Below, one piece after another: positions 1 through 11,370 of a stretch of DNA of 64,000 nt (position 1 is the stretch's first letter; every line of letters starts with the position of its first letter). This DNA comes from Octopus bimaculoides (Eukaryota): NCBI RefSeq assembly GCF_001194135.2, contig NC_068982.1, positions 115,025,548 to 115,089,547 on the forward strand, given 5' to 3'. The notes below the pieces were generated by a model that saw only the letters and a program-made list of their open reading frames with translations, had not been told where the DNA came from and made no database searches. The position numbers and the translations under genes are program-made.

Positions 1-10
1 AAGGGGGAGG

Positions 11-460
11 GGGAATGTCTTTCCGAAAATAGTAGCTGAAAAAAAACCAAACCTAACCCTAACTCTAAAACCCTATCCCTAACTCTAAAACCCTAACCCT
101 GACCCTAAAACCCTAACCCTAACTCTAAAACCCGAACCCTAAAACCCTAAAGCTAAAACCAGTACAAACGCACGAACGATGTCATAAATAACAGTGACGA
201 AGTAAATTAACACCGCCAGAACGTCTTGTTGACAAACCACAGCAGTAATTGTTTTCGCCTTAATAGACGTCATTCATTGGTTGAAATTACCGAAATACGA
301 CAAATTTAATACCAAACAACTTCGAAAATAAAGAAATTTTTTTAAAAACGCCAAGAGTAAATGATGTTTTAAATGACACATTCTACCAGTATACGAAATT
401 TGAAAGTGTTTAGTTACAAAAAATTATTTTTTCTATATGCCGACCAAAAGGAAAAGATCC
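11..460. mobile_element. Unclassified non-autonomous element carrying telomere-like repeats
   Basis: CCCTAA/CCCTAAAA array at 51-150 inside a ~450 bp unit. The unit recurs inverted at 32301-32714. Imperfect inverted ends GGGAATGTCTTTCC / GGAAAAGATCC. Confidence 0.7.
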
Positions 461-1679
461 GTTAAATCGATTAAACTGACCCCAGTATTCAACTGATACT
501 TATTTCATTCAAGGATGAAAGCCAAAAGTCAACCACGACGGAATTTGAACTCAGAACGTAAAGCCGCTAAACATTTTGTCCGATATGTTAACGATTCTGC
601 CAGTTAACCGCTCTAGGAAAAGACAATATTAATCACTGATTAATATTATTTTCATTTTTTCAGCAAGTACGGGGAACAACATCAGACATGATGTGTTTGT
701 TTTAGACCTCCTCAGTAAAGCACAGATTTTACCGTATTTGTCAAAGTAGTGATAAAAAAAAAATCACCTAGTAGATGTGATCTAATCTTAACGTGGCGTA
801 AAAAAACACATAGACGCCGACTATAAAGTTTGTTTCACTAAATTTGTTGTAAAACAACTTTGGAAAGAAAGACAATGTGGTTCATCGATCGACATTTTGA
901 CTGAGATTAATTTCATTTATTTTTGGCCCATCAGAACATCTCTCCACTTAAAAATGGCCAACATTTTAGCACAAGATTACATATTCTATTTATGATTAAA
1001 AAACCAGTGGATTTGGCAAAATTTGTAGGACGCCCGACAGCAAAATGCTTTTCAGTTACGTCTCTTTGCATTCAGAGTTCAAATCCTTTCCGAGGTCGAC
1101 TTCGCCTTTTATCCAATACTACATACAAATTGGTTTCACTAATATCAAAAATCGATTAAAACAATTTGGGTTTGTCGGACATTATGCGTTAAAAAGACGT
1201 ACGTTTCTATAGAAAACCAGAGTACACACATTCAACGTGTCGAGGAGTATAACAATTGGATGCTGTCAGACTACTGTAAAATCTTCAGTCAGATGGATCA
1301 AAATTTGATAATTGGCTCTGATGGCAGAGAGTACATCGTACAAAATAAAAGTTTCACCCAGATTGCATGAATCGGGTGGTTAATTCTGGTGGATAGCAAT
1401 GTCATTGTTTGGAGCCGCGTATCTGGAAAATACCCAGGTAAAATGAATAGTAAAGTACTTGATGTACACAAAGATCATCACTGAGGTGAGAGTATATCAA
1501 GATTGGCACCTTCTTGAGGTGAAGTGCTGTCAGGCCTCGTGCTGTCAGGCCTCCCATCTTCATCATCGTGTTAAGTGGGTGAAATATCAGGAACTGATGG
1601 TGACGGTGGCAGCACATCTGGGCGAAATGATGTTGAAGGCACTGGATTTTCAAGTGATGACTTCTCTGTTGTACACTTT

Positions 1680-2460
1680 CTAGTTTTTTTTTAAGCATAT
1701 CTTGCAAGCTATGCTGTTTCATATATTTTGGCCTTTCTTTGATCAGTTTATCCTGTAGCATATAAATGTTCATTATTTCTTGCTCACTTATAAAACTGTG
1801 TTGTTTTATACCTTTTAGCAGTTCCCCTGTTAGCCGATTTAACCGATCAATAGAAACTCTTTCTCTTGCATCTTCCTACTTTTCATCACTGCTTTCTCTT
1901 TCACCGTCTTGCTGCCGGGGATTTACAACCATCTGCATAACTTTTTGGTCAGAATAATGATGAACAACAGCTGCATTTTCAGCTGATCGCTTTTCACTAC
2001 GCACGGAACAAAAATTTTAACCCGTGTCGATCTTTCAAATGCTGCAGCCAGCCTTCACTGTAATCGCACTCGTATTCCAGTCCGAGTTTTTCATTAAATG
2101 TTTTTACTTGTTCCTTCACAAGATCATCTGACAGCTCAACACCTTCACTTTCACGCAATCTAAACCACTTCATCAATGCGTAATCTAGTTCTACACTTTT
2201 ACCAGCCTTCATTATTTTCCTTTTACCCATGTTTTTCTTTTTTACCCACTGTTAGCAAAGAAACAGAGTAACTGGTCTTTCTGTTTTTTATGTCGTAAAC
2301 TGTCGGAGATCCAACGTTGTATAATTCACACCATCTTTTCACAGACACACCGCTTTCAAGTTTTTTGAAAAGTTCACCTTTTTCTTTTGTGGGCAATGTA
2401 CTGTGTTTACGCTTTACAACACGAGAAGCACTTCTTTTATGCATTGGAACTATAATGGGA
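1680..2460 (-). mobile_element. Tigger/pogo-type transposase remnant, DDE domain deleted
   Basis: CENP-B-like HTH (KRKHSTLPTKEKGELFKKLESG..TVYDIK; ELDYALMKWF..SEGWLQHLKDRHGL), frameshifted, then joined directly to an acidic C-terminal tail. Confidence 0.85.
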
Positions 2461-5400
2461 CTAGAAGGTTCCTGATACCTGTGGAGTATCTCCTTCTCCC
2501 ATTACAATTATTTTTTGTAGTCTTAGGATTCTGGAACTCGAAGAAGAAGAGGTTTACAAGCGGATGCAATTCAATGGTTGTTTATTTGGTTCTCATTTCA
2601 TGGGGTTTGCTCCCGGCGACCATCTGTATGTCAGCGCGTAGTTCGTTAGCTCCGTTCGCGAAAGGTACATTACCTCTGAAGATAACGGGTAAAGAATCCG
2701 CTGTGAGCTGCTAGGTTGCAGTGTTGCTCAACGTGAGCGCCAACGCGAGAGAAGAGAACGGGTTGCTCAATACACCTCCTTAAATAAATGTTGCCCACGA
2801 GAGCCTCGCTGTGGTCTCGCGCACGGCAAATATGGTTGTAGACGAGATCTCGCTCTTGTCTCGGACCTGGCAATGGCCGCCGGTGAGATCTCGTACAAAA
2901 TGGCGCTGGCTTCTTGTGTCACGCTACAGAAACATGGCTGGAGCTAAAAGAGAAGAAAGTATAATAATAAATAAATAAAAAACTGTAAAGGTCTGCATTT
3001 GTTTACAGATGATGTGAGTGTGCTTATGCTTATTTTTCTTGTCTAAATTAGTTTCGGATTACAGGTTGCCGGATTAGTGGCAGCCTACTGTGCAACTCCG
3101 ATACCCAACTTTTTCATAACCAAAGATATAACAACGACGGGGCCGAACATTTTTACCNNNNNNNNNNNNNNNNNNNNNNNNNNNNNNNNNNNNNNNNNNN
3201 NNNNNNNNNNNNNNNNNNNNNNNNNNNNNNNNNNNNNNNNNNNNNNNNNNNNNNNNNNNNNNNNNNNNNNNNNNNNNNNNNNNNNNNNNNNNNNNNNNNN
3301 NNNNNNNNNNACACACACACACACACACATACATACATACATACAACTTGATAATAAAATTATAGAACGCTGTGTTCATGTTTATCCTGATTTAGCGGGC
3401 GATGTCGCTAATGAAAACGCCAACACTTTAATAATTGGACTGAGTCATTAATCCAATGGCCGTGAAATGTCTCTGGTGCAGTAAGTGACAATTTCGTATC
3501 CAAGATTTTATTCAGATGCGTGACAAACGAACTCATACAGTGAATACACATTGTTCAATAAAGTTATTTGGGATGAAAAAAAGGTTCTGAACAACTTGAC
3601 ATGTTCCACGATGACAATGAGAAAATAGAAGTAATTCAAACTACAAAATTTACTTTACACAAGCACTAGACGTAGAATACCATAGCGATTTGCTGTTAGG
3701 AAATGAATGTTGAATTCATGTGCCTGGCTCTCTTTCCGAAGTTGACCTCGTCGTGTCGTGGAAAAAAAAAGTCCGATCGAGATACACTTTTAAATAGGCG
3801 ATATGCTACTAGCGCCCTCACGGGTGTCGTTTAATAGTTAGTTAACAAAGGGGGAGCTAACCACGTTCGCTTGGCATGTTCTAGAATGTTCGATCAGGAG
3901 AGAAACTGTCGTTGATACCCAACGAATATTTTGTGGGCATGCGAACCTGCTTCAAATAGGGTTACCTACATCGCTAACAATCAGTCCTTCGAGTTTATCT
4001 GTAACATTTATTCATTCTGTATGTATTTTTGTTGAAATCGAAGCCTCATATGTGTACTATTTAAAATGCCCGGCATAGCTTATTACAGGCCTCGTTGGTT
4101 TATTGACCTGTATAAAATGTAAATAAAATTATTGTCCAATATTATCTGATAGCTTTGTTTATTATAATGGACAGAATTTATAATTCTCTATCGGAAAAAT
4201 ACTATAATAATGGATTAAGAATATGTATTTCTCTGTTTCAAAGTTCTTAAAAATATCATTAAATCCGGGACAACTTCGGCAGAACCTATCGAGATATATA
4301 GTACTGTAAGGGACGACCGTGCGAACTCAAAAAGGAGAAATGGTGACGAATGGAAAAACAGAGGACTCCTTTTATTTAAACGCGTCGCACGGTCGAACAC
4401 AACAATATATGTCGAAGATGATATACTAATATGTTATGCGACGATAACATAGATGACCAGTAATGAAAGACCACAACCGTATAAGATGAATAACAGAGAT
4501 ATTTATTGTAGCGTTAAAGATGTATGTCTGTGTGAGAGTGTGAATGCGACATATAAGAACATAATCAAAGACAGGCCGTCGTACAAAGAAAAGTATGTAT
4601 GTGAGTGATACATGTATGTGTNNNNNNNNNNNNNNNNNNNNNNNNNNNNNNNNNNNNNNNNNNNNNNNNNNNNNNNNNNNNNNNNNNNNNNNNNNNNNNN
4701 NNNNNNNNNNNNNNNNNNNNNNNNNNNNNNNNNNNNNNNNNNNNNNNNNNNNNNNNNNNNNNNNNNNNNNNNNNNNNNNNNNNNNNNNNNNNNNNNNNNN
4801 NNNNNNNNNNNNNNNNNNNNNNNNNNNNNNNNNNNNNNNNNNNNNNNNNNNNNNNNNNNNNNNNNNNNNNNNNNNNNNNNNNNNNNNNNNNNNNNNNNNN
4901 NNNNNNNNNNNNNNNNNNNNNNNNNNNNNNNNNNNNNNNNNNNNNNNNNNNNNNNNNNNNNNNNNNNNNNNNNNNNNNNNNNNNNNNNNNNNNNNNNNNN
5001 NNNNNNNNNNNNNNNNNNNNNNNNNNNNNNNNNNNNNNNNNNNNNNNNNNNNNNNNNNNNNNNNNNNNNNNNNNNNNNNNNNNNNNNNNNNNNNNNNNNN
5101 NNNNNNNNNNNNNNNNNNNNNNNNNNNNNNNNNNNNNNNNNNNNNNNNNNNNNNNNNNNNNNNNNNNNNNNNNNNNNNNNNNNNNNNNNNNNNNNNNNNN
5201 NNNNNNNNNNNNNNNNNNNNNNNNNNNNNNNNNNNNNNNNNNNNNNNNNNNNNNGGGGTATGAGTTGATCTATATATAGCGTTAAGAGGGCTCCAAATGG
5301 CTTCAGAACTTTACTCTATCACGTGACCTTATTAGGGGCCGTGATTGGTCAGTTTGCGTTCTGGCGGGAAAGGTTCGAAGAAGTTGCCGATTCGAATAAT

Positions 5401-6456
5401 GATCAGTCACGTGATGACAAGGTTAATGTTTTCCCCTACGTTCGCGTTTGTTTATATTTAAATGAGAAGAATGGCGATAGCAGTTTTGTATCTAATGGCG
5501 ATAGGTATTAGAGACGATAGGTAGTTTCACTACAGTACTAATATAGATTAAATATCATTTTAAAGAAATTATCTTGAACAAGTTTCTTCCTTGAAACTTT
5601 TGCTTTCTTTTCTTGTATGTGTGATGCTAACTGAAACAAACGTGAATTAAGCCGAAGCCGGCAAATTGATCTCTCAATAAAAGCTAAGCAGACTAGAAGG
5701 CGCCTATCTCGAAAAATACCCACATTCGTTTGTATATTTACATATGCAGATTATAGAGATATTTCTGAACTGTCTATGTTACTTCACCTGTAGAAACCTT
5801 TTAGCAGAATTCCGCTCAGCTACTGACTGCCAGAAAAACGGGCACAAAATGGTCCCTATATTGTCGCGTGGATTAAAGTTACAATACAAACAATAAGCGT
5901 TGTAACAATAACAGTAATAATTAAACAGATGTTTCCTTTCAGACGATCTCCGACTTTGACATCAAGAGATTAGATACTTATCGTAATTCAGACAGACATA
6001 CAGCAACATCTGGCCGCCACGAAATCATAAGAAAACCGAATTCGTGGACGACGACAGCGAGAGCATAAGAACATGCACAAAGAATACTGAAAGCTTCAAT
6101 TGTCGCTCTTTTAAACTAATTGAACAGACGCTACCTAATTACATTAGTCTTGATTCGATAGATTAAATTTCATATAATGATATCTGTTTATTACAAGAGG
6201 AATAAGAAAATTCTAGTAATAAGTCTAATGCCATTCAGATTAGAACAGTAAAAAAGAAGGGAGTTAAAATCCATTGGTCGGTCGGAATTTAATTAATATA
6301 TTTCACATTAGTTCAATATTAATCTGTCGTTGTTAGTTTTGAATCATTCATGAGGAATTCTGAGTGTTTTTAAACACAGTTCTTATGTAGTTTCACAATG
6401 TTTCCTCTACATTTTGTCAAGAAAGAATATATCCATATGTTACCTGCTGCTAAAAT

Positions 6457-6543
6457 GTGTGTGTGTGTGTGTGTGTGTGTGTACGCGCGCGCGAGCATGC
6501 AGTATGTATGTATGTATGTATGTATGTATGTATGTATGTATGA
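6457..6543. repeat. Compound microsatellite (TG)n-(CG)n-(TATG)n, representative of many
   Basis: Direct reading. Similar tracts near 3311, 9402, 10563, 11281, 15684, 19233, 32180, 37053, 60925 and 62220; most N-gaps abut one. Confidence 0.95.
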
Positions 6544-6623
6544 ATGAATATCATTATTCAGTTTTATTTCAAGATTTCTTGCCAACAAAGAAAAAGCCAG
6601 TTTCTAATCTAGATCCAAGACTC

Positions 6624-6964
6624 TGTAGTAACGCCGTGCGCATGCGTAGTCTCACGCATGCGTGGAATTCAACATCCAAGCGTTTCCCGCTTTATTCTGT
6701 CTCTTTCTAGCCTGGCCGGCATTGAGCAAGGATGTGTCTAGCTGTCTCTCTCCATCTTTCGAACTTACGCTAGACAGCTCACATCAACATACCAACGTCC
6801 CAACAACCATGTTCTCACACACAGAAGGCGTCTCTACAACCAAGAGTAAAGCTGTCTATTTTACCTCCTTAAATAAATATTGTTGTGTTGATAGTTTGGA
6901 GTTCATTCTAATTTAATATAGGAAATTGGGTATACACCTAATGGTGTATAACCAATTTCCTACA
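6624..6964 (+). mobile_element. Solo LTR (Gypsy-type, 4-bp TSD)
   Basis: TGTAG...CTACA ends; ACTC duplicated at 6620-6623 and 6965-6968; AATAAA near 6871. Confidence 0.85.
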
Positions 6965-7118
6965 ACTCCATTAAAATTTCAACAATATCAACAGGGAATT
7001 TTTGCATACATATGTATATATTTACAGTATCTGAAATCAGTGCATGTGCAGATTTCTATGTTTCGTTTAATGCATGTATTCTTATGCAAATAGCATATCT
7101 ATACTTGCACATATATAC

Positions 7119-7375
7119 TTAAATGATAAATTTCTGGAGAGTTTTACAAATTTTTACAGTTCCAGTGATGGCTTGGATTTGTAGTCTTCGAATCAGCTTT
7201 CTCCTTTCTGGTTTTGAGAAGCCTAATTTCTCAAGGTCAGTATTTAAGCAGTGTGTTACATATCCCAGTGCTCCAATAATTACAGGTATAAACCTGAACT
7301 TGTAATGTGGGTAGAGTAACTGAAGATTTCTCAATAGTTCAGCGTATTTTCTTTTTCGCTAATCTTTAGCTTTAT
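7119..7375 (-). mobile_element. R4/Dong-like LINE 3' end (restriction-like endonuclease tail)
   Basis: LRNLQLLYPHYKFRFIPVIIGALG..VKICKTLQKF. Same family as 9497-10034. Confidence 0.8.
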
Positions 7376-9399
7376 GTTAATATTTGCTGGGCGGCTGATT
7401 TCAACTATTTGTACACAGTTTCTCTTCTCTATCCCAAATCACTGTCAGGTCTATTATGTTTACATTTTATGGGGGTTTTCACTGGGATATTCCACCAGAA
7501 CTGTAGATTTGTAGATACACTTGTGGGTAAAAAAATGTGTTACTGACACTAAGCTCGCAGAGGCTACTCAACACCCACAGCTTCTCACCGTTGTTTAGTA
7601 TTTGGCAATGACCTCAGACATTACTATAGTACCTTATGTGAAATTCTGGCTCAGCTGCCTCCAACGGACAGTACTCGGAAATGAGCCTTTAAGAAGGTTA
7701 CGATTCCTTTTCGACGTCGGAATTCCAGGTCGGTACTCGGCATAGCCGGTTCCAAGCTCTGCTCAAAATGGAATGGGGATTGAACGTGAGGTAGACAACC
7801 TTGCCTTCAGTACAATTGTTACAGAAATGGTGACGTGTAGATTTAACCAATCAATGCCTCGATTATACGAGATAAAATGTATCGTATCAGTGTCTCACAC
7901 ACACGAACCCATACCCACACACTCACAATCATACATACGTGTCCCATACATACATGCACACATACATACATGCAAACATACACATGTACACACACACACA
8001 CAGTTGAAAGCATTCCACTACACCTATGCCCTTATTATTCATGAGAAAAGCATGGACCTCACAGTACATACATCACCATTCTTCTGCAAATATGATGCTA
8101 TCACACTTTAGTTCTCGTCTGTGTTTTCTTTCCTTAATTATCCTTTTTTTCTATTCTTTTTCTCCGCTAATTATTGTTAATTCACATTCGATAGAAACTT
8201 AGTGACTGATCTGGGGTTTCAGACTCCCAGTTGAACAAATCTAGCTTGTAAACTGCAACAAGTTGGAAAGAAGATGACGACGTTATAATCGAATCAATGC
8301 AAATACAAACCTGAACGGGTATCTTGTGAGAGCAATGGCGGCTCGTGTATAGACTCTGCGGAACTGTAGCACTCCCTATTTCCACTTGATATTATCGATA
8401 ACATTCAATATAATGAGTCCTTTTTTCTTTAATTCTTTCTTTATACTTGTACATTATATAATCCTTAAGCTTAATGTCAGTAGCCATCCCCTAGTTTATG
8501 AGAAAAATACAAAAATCCTTGTATAGAACTGTGCGCTTCACAGTTCCAGCGACGTGGTGTTTGACTATTGTGCGCATACTNNNNNNNNNNNNNNNNNNNN
8601 NNNNNNNNNNNNNNNNNNNNNNNNNNNNNNNNNNNNNNNNNNNNNNNNNNNNNNNNNNNNNNNNNNNNNNNNNNNNNNNNNNNNNNNNNNNNNNNNNNNN
8701 NNNNNNNNNNNNNNNNNNNNNNNNNNNNNNNNNNNNNNNNNNNNNNNNNNNNNNNNNNNNNNNNNNNNNNNNNNNNNNNNNNNNNNNNNNNNNNNNNNNN
8801 NNNNNNNNNNNNNNNNNNNNNNNNNNNNGTGATTGGAGCGGGGTGAAAAACAAGGGGGGATTCGCGGCGGTGTTCAGTGAACAAACTAGATACACTCCCC
8901 GGCAGTGGCTAAAACGCGAACCGATCAAGTTTATGTATAAATTTTCTTTTATATGTGTGTTTCCTTTTACACAATATTAAAACAACGGCTAAAAATTTTC
9001 TGCACCCCACTAATTTTATCTATGAGCCGCCACTATGTGAGAGTCATATGTCTAACTACGCTAGATCATACACGTGCACGCGCAAAGGCACATATACATA
9101 CGTCTATACGTATATATATGAATTATCGTATTCTAATTCTGGAAGGGACTCCTCCTCATACTCCAGAATTTCATTTGTTACATACGCGTATGAAAAATCA
9201 TTGGTAATGCTTTTCTGTGTAAATGCATAAATGCAAATGTTTTCCCAAATAAAATTGCACTTCATGCTTGAAGCTGCGATGAAGCTATAAGAGTGATACT
9301 CAAGCACTCAACTATGAGTACATTGCATCTTATAGCAGAAACAGCTGTAAGCTAATGAAGTTCATAGTATAATTGTTTATTCCTTTGTCATCTCAATTT

Positions 9400-9461
<62 letters not shown>

Positions 9462-9496
9462 TTCACACGCACGCACGCGGGCACATATATACATAT

Positions 9497-10034
9497 AAAA
9501 TCTGTGGAAGACATCACGCTTGTGATTAGCAGCTGTCCTAAAATGTCGTCACGGTACTACCTCTCTATGCGGCACGACGTTGTTGCTAAAACAATTTACA
9601 ATGGCATCCGCAAAAAAGAATGTCCTGAAATAAACTTAGAAAATCACTCTGTTATGGGATACATTCATAAACACCAACTCTAGGAATACTGGTGGAATAT
9701 CCCCATCAAAACTTCTGTCAAATGTAAACATGACAGGCAGGATATTGTTGTTTGGGACATAGGGGCAAAAGTATGTACCATCATACCTTTATATGTGCAG
9801 GTCAGCTGCCCTGCATATATAAATATCTCCTCGAAAATCAAAGAAAAAGAGGATATCTATGGACAACTGCTTCGAAACCTCCAGCTTCTATATCCAGACT
9901 ATGAATTCATATTCAAACCAATAATAATTGGAGCACTAGGTTTTGTTAGTAAGTACTTAAATGAGAATCTGGATAAATTGGGATTTTCAGAAAGAGAAAT
10001 CGACCGGCTAATTCGTACATTACAAGTACAATCT
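9497..10034 (+). mobile_element. R4/Dong-like LINE fragment (knuckle remnant, RHD, PD-D/ExK endonuclease)
   Basis: EDITLVISSC..MRHDVVAKTIY..YWWNIPIKT..KHDRQDIVVWD..KEKEDIYGQL..PIIIGALG, with a stop and a frameshift. Runs into an N-gap. Confidence 0.85.
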
Positions 10035-10571
10035 NNNNNNNNNNNNNNNNNNNNNNNNNNNNNNNNNNNNNNNNNNNNNNNNNNNNNNNNNNNNNNNNNN
10101 NNNNNNNNNNNNNNNNNNNNNNNNNNNNNNNNNNNNNNNNNNNNNNNNNNNNNNNNNNNNNNNNNNNNNNNNNNNNNNNNNNNNNNNNNNNNNNNNNNNN
10201 NNNNNNNNNNNNNNNNNNNNNNNNNNNNNNNNNNNNNNNNNNNNNNNNNNNNNNNNNNNNNNNNNNNNNNNNNNNNNNNNNNNNNNNNNNNNNNNNNNNN
10301 NNNNNNNNNNNNNNNNNNNNNNNNNNNNNNNNNNNNNNNNNNNNNNNNNNNNNNNNNNNNNNNNNNNNNNNNNNNNNNNNNNNNNNNNNNNNNNNNNNNN
10401 NNNNNNNNNNNNNNNNNNNNNNNNNNNNNNNNNNNNNNNNNNNNNNNNNNNNNNNNNNNNNNNNNNNNNNNNNNNNNNNNNNNNNNNNNNNNNNNNNNNN
10501 NNNNNNNNNNNNNNNNNNNNNNNNNNNNNNNNNNNNNNNNNNNNNNNNATTTAAGCAACGTACATGTGTGT

Positions 10572-10638
<67 letters not shown>

Positions 10639-11272
10639 TGCGTGCGTGCAGTTGAAAACATACTCATGAGATTATCATGAACCTTATTACACTTGCAACT
10701 TCAATTCTCCATAAATATAGTACTCTCGCGTTACCTGTCTTCGTCTGTGTATTTAAATATATTTATAAGCAACACATTTGCTCGTCTGTGTTTTCTTTCC
10801 ATAATTATCCTTTTTTTTTCTTCTTTTTTTCCCTAATTATTGTTAACTCTCTTTAGAATAAGCACTCGATTGAAACTTTGTAACTGGTCTGGGGCTTTTT
10901 ACCGTCAGTTAAACAAATGTAGTTTGTAAACTGCAACAGTTGGGAAAAGGATGACAATATTATAAGAGAGTTAATGCAAATACATACCTGGACGTGAGCT
11001 TGCATATATGTTAGCAGGACTTGATTCTCTCTCACCTTCTATACTATGCTACTTCCTGTTTGTTTAACACCAGCTACACAACCGAAGTGTTGGAACCCTT
11101 GACTTCATAATTTTTTTAAAGACAAATGAACACAGGTACTCGCATACAGAAACACACACATACACACGCACACGCACACACACACATCACAGACAGGCAC
11201 GCACATACACACAAACGCACGCTCACATAAATCTATACGTAAATCTACCACACATGTATATCGACAAAGTAT

Positions 11273-11326
<54 letters not shown>

Positions 11327-11370
11327 NNNNNNNNNNNNNNNNNNNNNNNNNNNNNNNNNNNNNNNNNNNN

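Noticed and set aside
51-150. True chromosome end or telomere
   Set aside because: The repeats are degenerate, have unique sequence on both sides, and sit in an element with a second interstitial copy.
3830-4621. One or two LTRs
   Set aside because: LTR-like composition and a TGTAAGG start near 4306, but no paired end or TSD; the sequence runs into a gap.
6370-6710. ORFs such as YIHTYIHT or CVCVCV (also 11105, 21482, 62160)
   Set aside because: They are translations of microsatellites.
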